Assembly (NCBI GenBank): GCA_035942255.1
Contig: DASZDG010000103.1
Span: 15,540-79,539 of the forward strand
Length of the DNA: 64,000 nt
Source: Actinomycetota bacterium
GTDB taxonomy: Bacteria > Actinomycetota > CADDZG01 > WHSQ01
Direction: 5' to 3'
This document shows positions 8,897-19,099 of the stretch, in pieces (position 1 is the stretch's first letter; every line of letters begins with the position of its first letter). A program made the position numbers and the translations under genes. The notes beneath the pieces were generated by a model that saw only the letters and a list, made by a program, of their open reading frames with translations, was not told the DNA's origin and searched no databases.

Positions 8897-11254
8897 TTGG
8901 CTACCTCTACCCGTAGTTCCCGTCCCCGGGGGGCCACCCGCTCCGGCTCCCGTTCGAGCCGTTCGGCCTCCCGCTCGAAGGGCCGGACCTCCGCCCGCAG
9001 GCCTGCCCCCCGCAAGGGCTCGTCCCGCGGCCGCAAGCCCCCCTCTCCGGTCCTCAACGCCACCAAGACCGCCGTCACCTGGAGCGCCCGCCACGTCCGC
9101 GATGCGCCAGCCGAGGCGTGGGGCCTCGTGGTCCTCTTCGCCGCGGCGATGGCCGGGCTCGGCATCTACTCGGAAGCCGCGGGCCCCGCGGGGGCCGCGT
9201 TCGACTACCTCGGGAAGCTGCTGGTCGGGCGCCTGGTGATCCTGTTGCCCGGGATCCTGGCGATCGGCGGCGTCCTCGTCGCTATCCCGCGGTTCCGGGG
9301 GCATGCCGCCCGGATCCTGATCGGCCTCGCGCTGCTCAACGTGGCCCTCGCGGGGGTAACGCACCTCCTCAGAGGCAACCGGTCGCTATCGGCCCCGCTC
9401 GAACGCCTCCAGATGATGGGTGGCATCTTCGGCGCCCTGATCGCCCGGCCGGTCAGCGGGCTGATCGGGATCTGGGGGACCTGGGCGCTCCTGGTCGTGC
9501 TGCTGTTCGTCGGGCTCCTGGTCGTCACCCGCACCCCGCTGACCCGCGTCGGCGGCTGGATCGCCTCGGGAGCGTCGAGCGCGGCCGGATTCGTGCGGGG
9601 CCTCGCCTCCGGCAGCCCCGAGGAGGGGGACGGCGAGGACGCCGACGAGACCGAGGACGAGGAGCCCGACGCCGAGGCCGAAGACGAGTACGAGGACGAC
9701 GAGGACCTCGAAGACGAGGAGCAGGAGGCCGCGGCCCCCGCTCCGGTCGCGGGGGCCGGACGGCCGACGCAGCTCGCCATCCTGGTCGGCAACTCGAGGT
9801 CCTACCGGCTGCCGCCGCTGGAGCTCCTGGCGAAGGGCGGCGCCCGGGAGATCTCCGCACGCTCGATCGAGGACACCACCCGCGTGCTGGAGGGGACGCT
9901 CGAGCAGTTCAACGTCGACGCCGCCGTCACCGGCTACACCGCGGGCCCGACCGTCACGCGCTTCGAGATCGAGCTCGGTGCGGGCGTGAAGGTCAACCGC
10001 GTGCTCAGCCTGAGCAACGAGATCAAGTACGCGCTCGCGTCGGGGGAGCTGAGGTTCCTCGCGCCGATCCCGGGCCGCTCCGCGATCGGCATCGAGGTGC
10101 CGAACCGCAGCCGCCAGCTCGTGACGCTCGGCGACGTCCTGCGCGCGAAGGACGCGCAGCGGGACCAGCATCCGCTCGCGGTCGCGCTCGGGCAGGACAT
10201 CTCGGGCGAGACCGTGCTCGCGAACGTCACGGAGATGCCGCACGTCCTGATCGCCGGCGCGACGAACTCCGGCAAGTCGTCGTGCATCAACTCGATGATC
10301 ACGTCGGTGCTCATGCGGGCCCGCCCGGACCAGGTGCGGATGATCCTGATCGACCCGAAGAGGGTCGAGCTCACGCACTTCTCGGGCGTGCCGCACCTGC
10401 TGACGCCGGTCGTGACGGTGCCGAAGAAGGCCGCGTCCGCGCTTGGGTGGGTCGTGCGCGAGATGGAGATGCGCTACGAGACGCTGGCGCACTCCGGCAT
10501 GAGGAACCTCGAGTTCTACAACGAGGCGGTGGCGCGCGGCGCGGTGGTGAAGCGCAGTGACGACGACCCCGACCCGGCCCCCCTTCCGTACATCCTCGTG
10601 GTCGTCGACGAGCTGTCGGACCTGATGATGGTCGCCCCCCGCGACGTCGAGAGCGCGATCTGTCGCATCGCGCAGATGGCGCGCGCGGTCGGCATCCACC
10701 TCGTCGTCGCGACGCAACGCCCTTCGGTCGACGTCGTCACCGGCGTGATCAAGGCGAACATCCCCTCGCGGATCGCGTTCAGCGTCGCGTCGCAGCAGGA
10801 CTCGCGCGTGATCCTCGACCAGGGCGGTGCCGACAAGCTGATCGGACGCGGGGACATGCTGTACCTGCACGCGAACTCGTCGAAGCCGCGGCGCATCCAG
10901 GGCTCCTGGGTGACCGAGAAGGAGATCGCGGCGGTAGTCGGCCACGCTCGCCGGCAGGGGGATCCCGAGTATCTGGAGGGCATCACCGCCGAGGAGCCGG
11001 GCACCGGCAACGCTACGGGCGGCGGTGGTGGCGGCGGTGACGACCTGCTGGAGGAGGCCCTCGAGCTGGTCGTGCGGTCACAGCTCGGATCGACCTCGAT
11101 GCTGCAACGCAAGCTGCAGGTGGGGTTCGCCCGCGCGGGAAGGATCATGGACCTGCTGGAGCAACGGGGCGTCGTCGGGCCGTCACAGGGATCGAAGCCG
11201 CGCGACGTGCTGATGACCGTGGAGGAGCTGGAGGCGCGCGCCGAGTCGGCGTAG
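8897..11254 (+). CDS. ftsK: DNA translocase FtsK/SpoIIIE
   Basis: TTG start 7 nt after AGGAGG (8884-8889). Basic Ser/Arg N-terminus, TM segments, an acidic linker, Walker A (GATNSGKSS) and a C-terminal winged-helix gamma domain. Confidence 0.9.
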   Translation: MATSTRSSRPRGATRSGSRSSRSASRSKGRTSARRPAPRKGSSRGRKPPSPVLNATKTAVTWSARHVRDAPAEAWGLVVLFAAAMAGLGIYSEAAGPAGAAFDYLGKLLVGRLVILLPGILAIGGVLVAIPRFRGHAARILIGLALLNVALAGVTHLLRGNRSLSAPLERLQMMGGIFGALIARPVSGLIGIWGTWALLVVLLFVGLLVVTRTPLTRVGGWIASGASSAAGFVRGLASGSPEEGDGEDADETEDEEPDAEAEDEYEDDEDLEDEEQEAAAPAPVAGAGRPTQLAILVGNSRSYRLPPLELLAKGGAREISARSIEDTTRVLEGTLEQFNVDAAVTGYTAGPTVTRFEIELGAGVKVNRVLSLSNEIKYALASGELRFLAPIPGRSAIGIEVPNRSRQLVTLGDVLRAKDAQRDQHPLAVALGQDISGETVLANVTEMPHVLIAGATNSGKSSCINSMITSVLMRARPDQVRMILIDPKRVELTHFSGVPHLLTPVVTVPKKAASALGWVVREMEMRYETLAHSGMRNLEFYNEAVARGAVVKRSDDDPDPAPLPYILVVVDELSDLMMVAPRDVESAICRIAQMARAVGIHLVVATQRPSVDVVTGVIKANIPSRIAFSVASQQDSRVILDQGGADKLIGRGDMLYLHANSSKPRRIQGSWVTEKEIAAVVGHARRQGDPEYLEGITAEEPGTGNATGGGGGGGDDLLEEALELVVRSQLGSTSMLQRKLQVGFARAGRIMDLLEQRGVVGPSQGSKPRDVLMTVEELEARAESA

Positions 11255-11305
11255 GAAGCTCCGCTTCTATAATGGCGGGCCACCACAACCGACGACCGGA
11301 GCGCG

Positions 11306-12082
11306 GTGACCGAGCCAACCACGATCGGGGGCTACCTCCGTGCTGTTCGGCGCCGCCGCCGGATAAGCATCGAGCGGGCCGCCGAGGACACGAAGATCAG
11401 AGCCGCATTCCTCATGCGGATGGAGTCGGACGAGTTCGACTTCCTCGCGCCCGCGTACGTGCGCGGGTTCCTGAAGTCGTACGCGCGCTACCTGCAGGTC
11501 GAGCCCGAGCCGCTGCTCGAGGAGTTCGAGAACCGCTACGGCGGGGGCCGGATCGAGACGTCGCAGATGGTCGCTCTCCAGCGGCGCGAGAAGGCCGTGC
11601 CGCGCGAGCGGAGACGGTTGAACAGCTGGGCGGTCGCGGGCGGTGCGGCCGCGGTGATCCTCGTGATCCTGGCGATCGTGGGCGTCGCCACCGCGCCCGA
11701 CAAGCAGGAGCCGGCGGGGACGTCGCTGAGCGTCGCGACGCCTTCGCCGGAGCCCGAGCCGTCGCTCAGCCCGTCTGCGCCGGCGGAGCCGACGGACGAC
11801 CCGGAGGACGTCGTCGCTACCAAGGGCATCGAGCTCGTCGTCGACGCGACGACGGGGGACTCGTGGCTCGAGGTGTACGCCGACGGCAAGTCCGTGCCGC
11901 TCTACTACGACACGCTCGCGCACGGGTCGAGCATGACGTTCGAGGCGAACGACGGGATGTTCATCAGGCTCGGCTACCCGGGCAACGTCGAGCTGACCGT
12001 CAACGGGCGGAACGTGGGATCGCCCGGCGGCTCCGACGTGATCGAGCTGACGTTCCCGCAAGACCTCGACGGCCTCATCTAG
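11306..12082 (+). CDS. RodZ-like protein (N-terminal HTH, TM segment, C-terminal DUF4115-like domain)
   Basis: HTH region IGGYLRAVRRRRRISIERAAEDTKIR, one TM helix, a Pro/Ser/Glu linker and a C-terminal beta domain (SWLEVYADGK...VELTVNG). Confidence 0.6.
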   Translation: MTEPTTIGGYLRAVRRRRRISIERAAEDTKIRAAFLMRMESDEFDFLAPAYVRGFLKSYARYLQVEPEPLLEEFENRYGGGRIETSQMVALQRREKAVPRERRRLNSWAVAGGAAAVILVILAIVGVATAPDKQEPAGTSLSVATPSPEPEPSLSPSAPAEPTDDPEDVVATKGIELVVDATTGDSWLEVYADGKSVPLYYDTLAHGSSMTFEANDGMFIRLGYPGNVELTVNGRNVGSPGGSDVIELTFPQDLDGLI

Positions 12083-12085
12083 AGG

Positions 12086-13435
12086 ATGCCGCGCGTAGCG
12101 ATCGTCACGCTCGGCTGCCCTAAGAACTCGATCGACTCCGAGGGCCTCGGCGGGATGCTCGACGCGGCCGGCCACGCGGTCTCCGACGATCCCTCCTCTG
12201 CCGACGTCGTCGTCGTGAACACGTGCGGCTTCATCGACCCCGCGCGGCGCGAGACCGTGCAGGAGGTGCTGGACCTCGCGGAGCTGAAGGAGGACGGGTC
12301 GCTGAAGGGCCTCGTGCTTACCGGTTGCCTGGTCGCGCGCTCCGCCGGTGACCTCGCGGACGCGCTCCCCGAGGTGGACGCGCTCGTCGACTTCGCCGCC
12401 TACCCCCGCATCGCGGAGATCGTCGCGGGAGCGGCCGCGGGGTCCCTCGAGCAGCGCGTGTTCGGCGATCCCGGGACGAAGTTCGACCCCGCGTACTGGG
12501 ACGCGACGATCGCAGGGGGGCCGCGGCTCCGGTTCGGGCGCGCTCCGTGGGCGTACGTGAAGATCGCGGAAGGCTGCGACCGCGGCTGCACGTTCTGCGC
12601 GATCCCGCTCATGCGCGGCAAGTTCCGCTCGCGTTCGCTCGAGACGATCGTGACCGAGGCGCGCCATCTCGTCGCGGCGGGTGTCACGGAGCTCTCGCTC
12701 GTCAGCCAGGACTCGGTGATGTGGGGTCGCGATTCCGGTGAGGGGTCGTTCTCGGACCTGCTACGGGAGCTCGAGGGGGTCGACGGGCTGCGCCGGATGC
12801 GCCTCATGTACCTGCACCCGCAGGGCGTGACCGACGAGCTGATCGACACGATGCTCGACTCCGAGGTCGTCGCCTCGTACTTCGACCTCTCGATGCAGCA
12901 CGTTTCGCCCGCGGTGCTCAGGGCGATGGGCCGGTGGGGGGGCCGCGAGCGGTTCACGCGGATGATCGACCGGATCAGGGCACTCGACCCGGGGGCCGCG
13001 GTCCGCTCGACGTTCATCCTGGGCTTCCCCGGCGAGACCGACGAGGACGCGGACGAGGTCGTGAGCTTCGTGGGCGAGACCGAGCTCGACTGGGTCGGGA
13101 CGTTCACCTACTCGCCGGAGGAGGGGACGCGGTCGTTCGACCTCCCGGGCCGCGTGCCGGAGGCGGTGGCGAGAGAGCGGGCGGAGCGCGTCGCGACGGT
13201 CGCCGACGCGACGATGGAGGAGCGTGCGCGATCGCTCGTCGGGGCGCGTTTCGAGGTGCTGGCCGAGAGGCTCGACGTCTCGTCCGGGAGATGGACGGGG
13301 CGGTCCCACCGCGAGGCCCCCGAGGTGGACGGCGAGATCGAGTTCACCCCCACGCGGCCGCTGAAGGTCGGCGACTACGTCGACGTCCTGATCACCGGCA
13401 GCGACGGCGCCGACCTGTCGGGCACCCAGGTCTAG
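12086..13435 (+). CDS. rimO: ribosomal protein S12 methylthiotransferase
   Basis: MTTase N-terminal domain (LGCPKN...NTCGF), radical-SAM CDRGCTFC and a C-terminal TRAM domain. Confidence 0.85.
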   Translation: MPRVAIVTLGCPKNSIDSEGLGGMLDAAGHAVSDDPSSADVVVVNTCGFIDPARRETVQEVLDLAELKEDGSLKGLVLTGCLVARSAGDLADALPEVDALVDFAAYPRIAEIVAGAAAGSLEQRVFGDPGTKFDPAYWDATIAGGPRLRFGRAPWAYVKIAEGCDRGCTFCAIPLMRGKFRSRSLETIVTEARHLVAAGVTELSLVSQDSVMWGRDSGEGSFSDLLRELEGVDGLRRMRLMYLHPQGVTDELIDTMLDSEVVASYFDLSMQHVSPAVLRAMGRWGGRERFTRMIDRIRALDPGAAVRSTFILGFPGETDEDADEVVSFVGETELDWVGTFTYSPEEGTRSFDLPGRVPEAVARERAERVATVADATMEERARSLVGARFEVLAERLDVSSGRWTGRSHREAPEVDGEIEFTPTRPLKVGDYVDVLITGSDGADLSGTQV

Positions 13436-13446
13436 CGGCACGGCCG

Positions 13447-13977
13447 ATGAACCTCCCGAACGCGATCACGGTCGCGCGAGTCGCGCTCGTCCCCGTGTTC
13501 CTCGTCTTCGCCTACGGCGACACCGACTCCGCCGAGCTCACCGCGTGGGCCGTGTTCCTCGTCGCGTCGTTGTCCGACTCGCTCGACGGCTACCTCGCGC
13601 GCAAGCACGGGACGATCACGCGCTTCGGCCAGTTCGTCGACCCCCTCGCCGACAAGATCCTCGTGGGGGCCGCGCTCGTCGTGCTCGTCGCCGACGAAGG
13701 CTTCCCGCTGTGGGCCGCGCTCGTGATCGCGGTACGCGAGCTCGCGGTGCAGGTCCTGAGGATCCGGCGCACGACCGGGGGACGCACGATGCCCGCGTCG
13801 CAGTTCGCCAAGGCGAAGACCGCGACGCAGATCACGATGGTCTCGTGGTGGCTGCTTCCGTGGGACTCGACGAACCCGGGGCACTGGGCGTGGCTCGTGG
13901 CTGCCCTGGTGACGACGATCGCGTCCGGATGGGAGTACTTCGCGCGGGCTCCCGCGCCGGCGCGGGTTAAGACGTGA
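13447..13977 (+). CDS. pgsA: CDP-diacylglycerol--glycerol-3-phosphate 3-phosphatidyltransferase
   Basis: CDP-alcohol phosphatidyltransferase motif DSLDGYLARKHG...GQFVDPLADK. Starts at the ATG within the longer listed ORF 12934-13977. Confidence 0.85.
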   Translation: MNLPNAITVARVALVPVFLVFAYGDTDSAELTAWAVFLVASLSDSLDGYLARKHGTITRFGQFVDPLADKILVGAALVVLVADEGFPLWAALVIAVRELAVQVLRIRRTTGGRTMPASQFAKAKTATQITMVSWWLLPWDSTNPGHWAWLVAALVTTIASGWEYFARAPAPARVKT

Positions 13978-15209
13978 GGGCCGAGATCGTCGCGGTCGGG
14001 ACAGAGCTGCTGCTCGGCCAGATAGCGAACACGAACGCGCAGGTGATCTCCGAGGCGCTCGCGCGCTCCGGTGTCGACGTCTACTTCCACACGACCGTCG
14101 GCGACAACCTCGGCCGGATGACCGACGTGATAGCGACGGCGCTGGCGCGCTCGGACGCGGTCGTGATCACGGGCGGGATCGGCCCGACGCCCGACGACAT
14201 CACGCGCGAGGGCGTCGCCGCGGCGACGGGGCGCGCCCTCGTCCGAGACGAGCGGCTCGTCGAGGTGATCCGCGGCGTGTTCGAGAAGCTCGGCCGCCGG
14301 TCGATGCCGGACTCGAACCTCAGGCAGGCGGACCTCCCGGAAGGGGCCGAGCCGATAGAGCCCGAGGGGACGGCCCCCGGGTTCGTGCTCGAGCACGAGG
14401 GGACGACGCTGTTCGCGCTTCCCGGCGTCCCGTGGGAGATGCGGGCGATGCTCGACAAGGCGGTGCTGCCGCGTCTGCGCGCGGCCGGTGGCGGCGGCGC
14501 GATCGTGAGCAGCGAGGTCCTCGTCGTGGGCGTCGGTGAGTCGCACGTGAACGAGACGATCTCGGACCTGTGCGACGCGCAGACGAACCCGACGATCGCC
14601 TTCCTCGCGGGCGGGGGCCGCGTGCGCGTCCGGATCACCGCGAAGGCCGCGACCGAGGCGGACGCGCAGACGCTGATCGCGCCGGTCGAGGCGGACGTAC
14701 GAGGGCGGCTCGGCGTCAACGCCATAGCGCCCGGGCACGACTCGGTCGCCGCCGAGCTCGGCGCGCTCCTGCGCGAACAAGGAGCGACGCTCGCCGTGGC
14801 GGAGTCGTTGACCGGCGGCGGCATCGGGGCGGAGGTCACGCGGCTCCCGGGCGCGAGCGACTTCTTCCTCGGTTCGCTCGTCGCGTACGCCGACGCCGCG
14901 AAGACGCGCGTCGCCGGGATCGACCCCGCGCTGCTCGAGGAGCACGGCGCCGTGAGCGAGGAGGCCGCCGCCGCTCTCGCTCGCGCTGCCGCCGAACGTT
15001 TCGGCGCGGACCTCGGCATCTCCGCCACCGGCGTGGCCGGGCCGGCCGAGCAGGAGGGCAAGCCGCCCGGGACGGTCTTCGTCGGCGCGTGGCTGCGCGG
15101 CCGCAGCGAGGTCCGCAAGCCCCGCGCGTACGGCGACCGCGGGCACATCCGCGAGATCTCCGCGACGTGGGCGCTCGACCTCGGGCGGCGGCTCCTGCGC
15201 GAGCGATGA
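13974..15209 (+). CDS. cinA: competence/damage-inducible protein CinA (MoCF-type domain + nicotinamide-nucleotide amidase domain)
   Basis: MRAEIVAVGTELLLGQIANTN... N-terminus and a C-terminal ESLTGG motif. GTGA overlap with pgsA. Confidence 0.85.
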   Translation: MRAEIVAVGTELLLGQIANTNAQVISEALARSGVDVYFHTTVGDNLGRMTDVIATALARSDAVVITGGIGPTPDDITREGVAAATGRALVRDERLVEVIRGVFEKLGRRSMPDSNLRQADLPEGAEPIEPEGTAPGFVLEHEGTTLFALPGVPWEMRAMLDKAVLPRLRAAGGGGAIVSSEVLVVGVGESHVNETISDLCDAQTNPTIAFLAGGGRVRVRITAKAATEADAQTLIAPVEADVRGRLGVNAIAPGHDSVAAELGALLREQGATLAVAESLTGGGIGAEVTRLPGASDFFLGSLVAYADAAKTRVAGIDPALLEEHGAVSEEAAAALARAAAERFGADLGISATGVAGPAEQEGKPPGTVFVGAWLRGRSEVRKPRAYGDRGHIREISATWALDLGRRLLRER

Positions 15210-15787
15210 CGGGTGAGAAGCTCCGCCTCTTCACCGCGGTCGTGGTGCCGGAGCCGCAGCTGACGTGGCTGGACGAGGCGGTGGCCGAGCTGAGGCCGTT
15301 GCCCGGCGCGCGCTGGGCGCCCGTCGAGAACCAGCACGTGACGCTGAACTTCCTCGGGTGGGTCCCTGCGGAGGACCTGGAGCGCGTCGTGGAGCGCGTC
15401 GACGCGGTGGCGCCGCTGCATCGCGCGTCGAACGCGGCCCTCGGCGGGCTCGGCGCGTTCCCGCGGGAGCGGCGGGCGCGCGTGCTGTGGGCGGGGATCG
15501 ACGATCCCACCGGCTTGCTGGCGGGGCTCGCGGCGGATCTCGGCGACGAGCTGCGCGCGGTGGGATACGAGCCGGAGGAGCGCGCGTACACGCCGCACCT
15601 GACGCTCGCGCGCTTCAAGACCCCGCGGTCGCTGACCGGGCTCCTTCCCGCGCTGCCCCCGCCCCCGGGCACGTTCCCGATCGACCGCGTCACGCTGTTC
15701 CGCAGCAGGCTGAGCCCGTCGGGCTCCCGTTACGAAGTCGTGCACGAGGCGTATCTGGGGGCAGACGACGGCGGCGTGTCGCAGTAG
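15206..15787 (+). CDS. thpR: RNA 2',3'-cyclic phosphodiesterase (2H phosphoesterase, LigT/ThpR)
   Basis: Two HxT motifs (HVTLNFLG, HLTLARF). ATG 15206 overlaps the cinA stop. Confidence 0.75.
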   Translation: MTGEKLRLFTAVVVPEPQLTWLDEAVAELRPLPGARWAPVENQHVTLNFLGWVPAEDLERVVERVDAVAPLHRASNAALGGLGAFPRERRARVLWAGIDDPTGLLAGLAADLGDELRAVGYEPEERAYTPHLTLARFKTPRSLTGLLPALPPPPGTFPIDRVTLFRSRLSPSGSRYEVVHEAYLGADDGGVSQ

Positions 15788-15813
15788 GGACGCCGGTCTG
15801 CTATCCCGTAGGT

Positions 15814-16374
15814 GTGAAGTCCGACAAGAGGAGAGACGTGATCGCCATCAAGGTCGTACCGGTGGCCGCGCTCGCGCTCGCGGTGCTGGCGGGCCCTGCC
15901 GCCGCGCACGGCGACATCCAGGCGACCGATCCCGAGGAGCTGGCGCGCGTCCGGAGGGCGCCGGGGTCGGTCGCGATCACGTTCACGGAGGCCCCCACGG
16001 CACAGGCCGTGCTGAACGTCCGCGACGGTTGCAGGCGCGACGTCACGCAGGGCATCGAGGTCACCGACGCGACCGCGACCGCTCGTGTCGCCGTTGGGCA
16101 ACCGGGGCGGTGGCGCGTCTCGTACCGGGTGATCTCCGCGCTGGACGGGCACGAGACCAAGGGTTTCTACACGTTCACGGTCGCCGGCCGGAAGGACTGC
16201 ACGCCGGACGAGCCGCCGGCCACCGGGACACCCGACGGGGGAGGCACGCGCGCCGTCGAGACGCCCAACGGCGATGACGTGACGGGATCGAGCCCGCCCG
16301 TCGTGCCGATCGCGTTCGGGGCCCTCGCCGTGATCGTGCTCGCGTTCATCGTGAGGCGGTCCGGCACGGGATGA
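15814..16374 (+). CDS. CopC-domain copper-binding protein, membrane anchored
   Basis: Signal peptide ending AAAHG. A CopC-like beta domain (SVAITFTEAP...YRVISALDGHETKGFYTFTV) and a C-terminal TM helix. Confidence 0.65.
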   Translation: MKSDKRRDVIAIKVVPVAALALAVLAGPAAAHGDIQATDPEELARVRRAPGSVAITFTEAPTAQAVLNVRDGCRRDVTQGIEVTDATATARVAVGQPGRWRVSYRVISALDGHETKGFYTFTVAGRKDCTPDEPPATGTPDGGGTRAVETPNGDDVTGSSPPVVPIAFGALAVIVLAFIVRRSGTG

Positions 16375-17669
16375 TCGACCCCGTCCTCGCGCACGGGGTC
16401 GGGCGCGTCTACGAGTCGCCGATCCCGGCCTACCTGTACGCGGTCGGCGCCGGGCTGACCGTCATGGTGTCGTTCCTGCTGCGGGCGCTGGCGGGCGATC
16501 GCGCAGCGGTCGAGAAGAACCGGCGCGTCGCAGGGCCCGGCGCCGCCCGCGCGCTCGCGACGGTCCTGAGGATCGCCGCCCTCGTCTTCCTCGCGTTGCT
16601 CGTTGCGTCTGCAGTGCTCGAGCGACAGCGCGGGCTGACGCTCGCGCCGCTGCTCTTCTGGGTCGGTCTCGTAGTCGGCATGACGACGCTCTGCCTGTTG
16701 CTCGGCCACGCGTGGGAGGCCGCGGACCCGTGGAGCACGCTCGAGGGCTTCTACCGGATCGAGGACCCCGAGACCGAGACGCTCGAGCCGCCGTGGTGGC
16801 TCGGCCCCCTGCTCCTCTACGCGCTCTTCTGGTTCGAGCTCGTCTCCGGCGTGGGCTTCGAGTCCGCCGGCGTCCTGGGGGCGGTCGTCGTCTACTCCGT
16901 CCTCGTCTTCACGGTCCGCCACCGGTTCGGCGAACGGTGGGGGCTGGTCGACCCCCTGTCGATCGTCTTCGGCTTCGCGTCGGCGACGTCGCCCCTCGCG
17001 TTGCGTGACGACGGCGTCTACTACCGCGGGCTCGGCGGCGTCGACCGCCGCGACCCGATGCCGCGCGCGCTGTTCGCATCGGTGTTCGTGCTCCTCGCGT
17101 CGACGACGCTCGACAACGTCACCGAGACCGTCGGGTGGTCGAGCTTCCTCCGGTCGACGGGGCTCGACGCTCTGTCCGCGGAGCTCGTCGAGTCGCTCGC
17201 GTTCGCCGCGTTCGCGCTGCTGTTCCTCGCACCGTTCCTCGCGTCGGTCGCAGCGGGAGGCGAGAAGGCGCGCGGCAACGCGACGGTGGGGGCCGCGGCG
17301 CGCAGCTTCGGCTGGTCCCTCATCCCGATCGGCGTCGCCTACGTGATCGCGCACAACGTCCCCCTGTTGATCACCGGGGTGCCTCAGCTCCTGCGGGAGC
17401 TGGCCGACCCGTTCGCTCTGGATTGGAACCTGCTGGGGCTGCGCGAGCTGTGGAGCGGGTTCGCGCCGTCGCCGCAGCTCGTCTGGTACCTGGAGATCCT
17501 GCTGATCGTCGGCGGGCACGTGCTCGGCGTGCTCGTCGCGCACCGGACCGCGGTGCGGATCGCGGGCGACCACGCGGCCGCCGTGCGCAGCCAGTGGGCA
17601 CTCACCGCGCTGATGAGCGTCTACACGATCGCCACCCTGTGGCTGCTCGCGCAGCCGCTCGTCGCCTAG
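16371..17669 (+). CDS. polytopic membrane protein of unknown function
   Basis: ATGA overlap with the upstream CopC gene. About ten or more hydrophobic segments. No family recognised by eye. Confidence 0.55.
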   Translation: MIDPVLAHGVGRVYESPIPAYLYAVGAGLTVMVSFLLRALAGDRAAVEKNRRVAGPGAARALATVLRIAALVFLALLVASAVLERQRGLTLAPLLFWVGLVVGMTTLCLLLGHAWEAADPWSTLEGFYRIEDPETETLEPPWWLGPLLLYALFWFELVSGVGFESAGVLGAVVVYSVLVFTVRHRFGERWGLVDPLSIVFGFASATSPLALRDDGVYYRGLGGVDRRDPMPRALFASVFVLLASTTLDNVTETVGWSSFLRSTGLDALSAELVESLAFAAFALLFLAPFLASVAAGGEKARGNATVGAAARSFGWSLIPIGVAYVIAHNVPLLITGVPQLLRELADPFALDWNLLGLRELWSGFAPSPQLVWYLEILLIVGGHVLGVLVAHRTAVRIAGDHAAAVRSQWALTALMSVYTIATLWLLAQPLVA

Positions 17670-17678
17670 GAGGCCCCC

Positions 17679-18173
17679 ATGCCGCTCGCGCACACCGCCG
17701 CCTCGGGTGGCCCGAACACCGAGATCCTCCTGCTGGGGCTCGGCATGGTCGTGCTCGCGCTCGTCTTCTTCTTCCAGAAGACGGCGTCACGGCGCGCGAG
17801 CGTCGTCCTGCTCGTCCTCGGTGCGGCCGCGATCACCGGGGCGTTCACGCTCGCGAGCTCGTCCGGCGACGACCACCACGGCGCGGCGATCTCGATCGCA
17901 TCGCCCGCGGAGGGCGCCACCGTCGACGCGTCCGAGCCGGTCCCACTGGAGATCGAGCTGGAGGGGGCGTCGCTCGCGTCGGAGTCCACGGACGAGGACG
18001 CGGGGCACCTCCACGTCTACGTCGACGGCGAGTCGAGGGGCATGCCGGCGACGCTCGACGTCACCGTCGACCTCGAGCCCGGCGAGCACGAGGTCGAGAT
18101 CGAGTTCGTGGACGCGGAGCACCGCCCGCTCGACCCGCCGGTGACCGACTCCGTGACCGTTACGGCCGAGTAG
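17679..18173 (+). CDS. membrane-anchored protein, DUF4399-like
   Basis: SD GGAGG upstream. N-terminal TM followed by a beta-rich domain with GHLHVYVDGE. Confidence 0.5.
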   Translation: MPLAHTAASGGPNTEILLLGLGMVVLALVFFFQKTASRRASVVLLVLGAAAITGAFTLASSSGDDHHGAAISIASPAEGATVDASEPVPLEIELEGASLASESTDEDAGHLHVYVDGESRGMPATLDVTVDLEPGEHEVEIEFVDAEHRPLDPPVTDSVTVTAE

Positions 18174-18286
18174 CCCCCCGGCAGGGTCTCGGGTGCTCAC
18201 GGAGTACCTCAACCACATAGGGGCCGCGCCTCGGCTCGGCCGCGCCCGGCGTGCCGTAAGCGTGCCCCGCACGTACCCTGGAGAGG

Positions 18287-19099
18287 ATGGACGCGATGAT
18301 CGGATCGAGAAGCTCGCGGGCGGCCGTGTCGGCCTTGTTCGCCGCGATCCTGGTCCTAGCCGTGGCCCCCGCCGCGTCCGCGCACGCTGCGTACAAGGAC
18401 TCGACGCCCGCCGACGGCGCCACGGTGTCCAGCCCTCCGTCCACGATCAACGCCGAGTTCACCGAGCCGATCACGAACAGCTCGTACCTCGAGGTCTACG
18501 ACCCCTGCGGGCAGCGGGTCGACGACGGCAACTCGCAGATCAGCGGCTACGAGATGTCGATCTCGATGTCGGCCGACAAGGCCGGCGAGTACGTCGTCGA
18601 GTTCGCCGCGCAGTCCGTCGACACCCACGTCACGTACGGCAGCTTCTCGTTCACGTCGTCGGGCGGGTCGGCGTGCGCGGGGAGCGAGCCCGAGCAGCCC
18701 ACCGGCGGCGGAGGAGGCTCGACGGACGGCGGCGGGGGCTCGTCCGGCGGCGGAGGCGGCTCGTCTTCGGACGGCGGCTCCGGCCCGGCCTCGGCGTCCG
18801 GAGGCGGGAACGGCGGGATGTCGGGAGGCGGCGGAGCGGCCGCATCCGGCCGTCACGCGAAGCACCGGGACCGCGGCGGCAAGAAGGCGGCGGACCGGCC
18901 GGGCCGCGACGCGAAGGACCCGGCGGCGCGCGACGAGCCGGTGGAGTTCGAGCCCACCCGTGGCACCGCCCCCGAGCCGGCACCGGCCGCGTGGGATCTC
19001 CCGCTCGGGGCGGTCCTGATGGCGCTCGTCCTTTGCGTGATGATCGGCGCGGCCGGAGGAAGGGTCTACGCGGGCATCGTCGCCCCACCGCGGCGGTGA
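18287..19099 (+). CDS. CopC-domain protein with Gly-rich linker and C-terminal TM anchor
   Basis: Signal peptide ...ASAHAAY. CopC-like STPADGATVSSPPSTINAEFTEPI...SVDTHVTYGSFSF, then a GGGS-rich region, then a TM helix. Confidence 0.65.
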   Translation: MDAMIGSRSSRAAVSALFAAILVLAVAPAASAHAAYKDSTPADGATVSSPPSTINAEFTEPITNSSYLEVYDPCGQRVDDGNSQISGYEMSISMSADKAGEYVVEFAAQSVDTHVTYGSFSFTSSGGSACAGSEPEQPTGGGGGSTDGGGGSSGGGGGSSSDGGSGPASASGGGNGGMSGGGGAAASGRHAKHRDRGGKKAADRPGRDAKDPAARDEPVEFEPTRGTAPEPAPAAWDLPLGAVLMALVLCVMIGAAGGRVYAGIVAPPRR

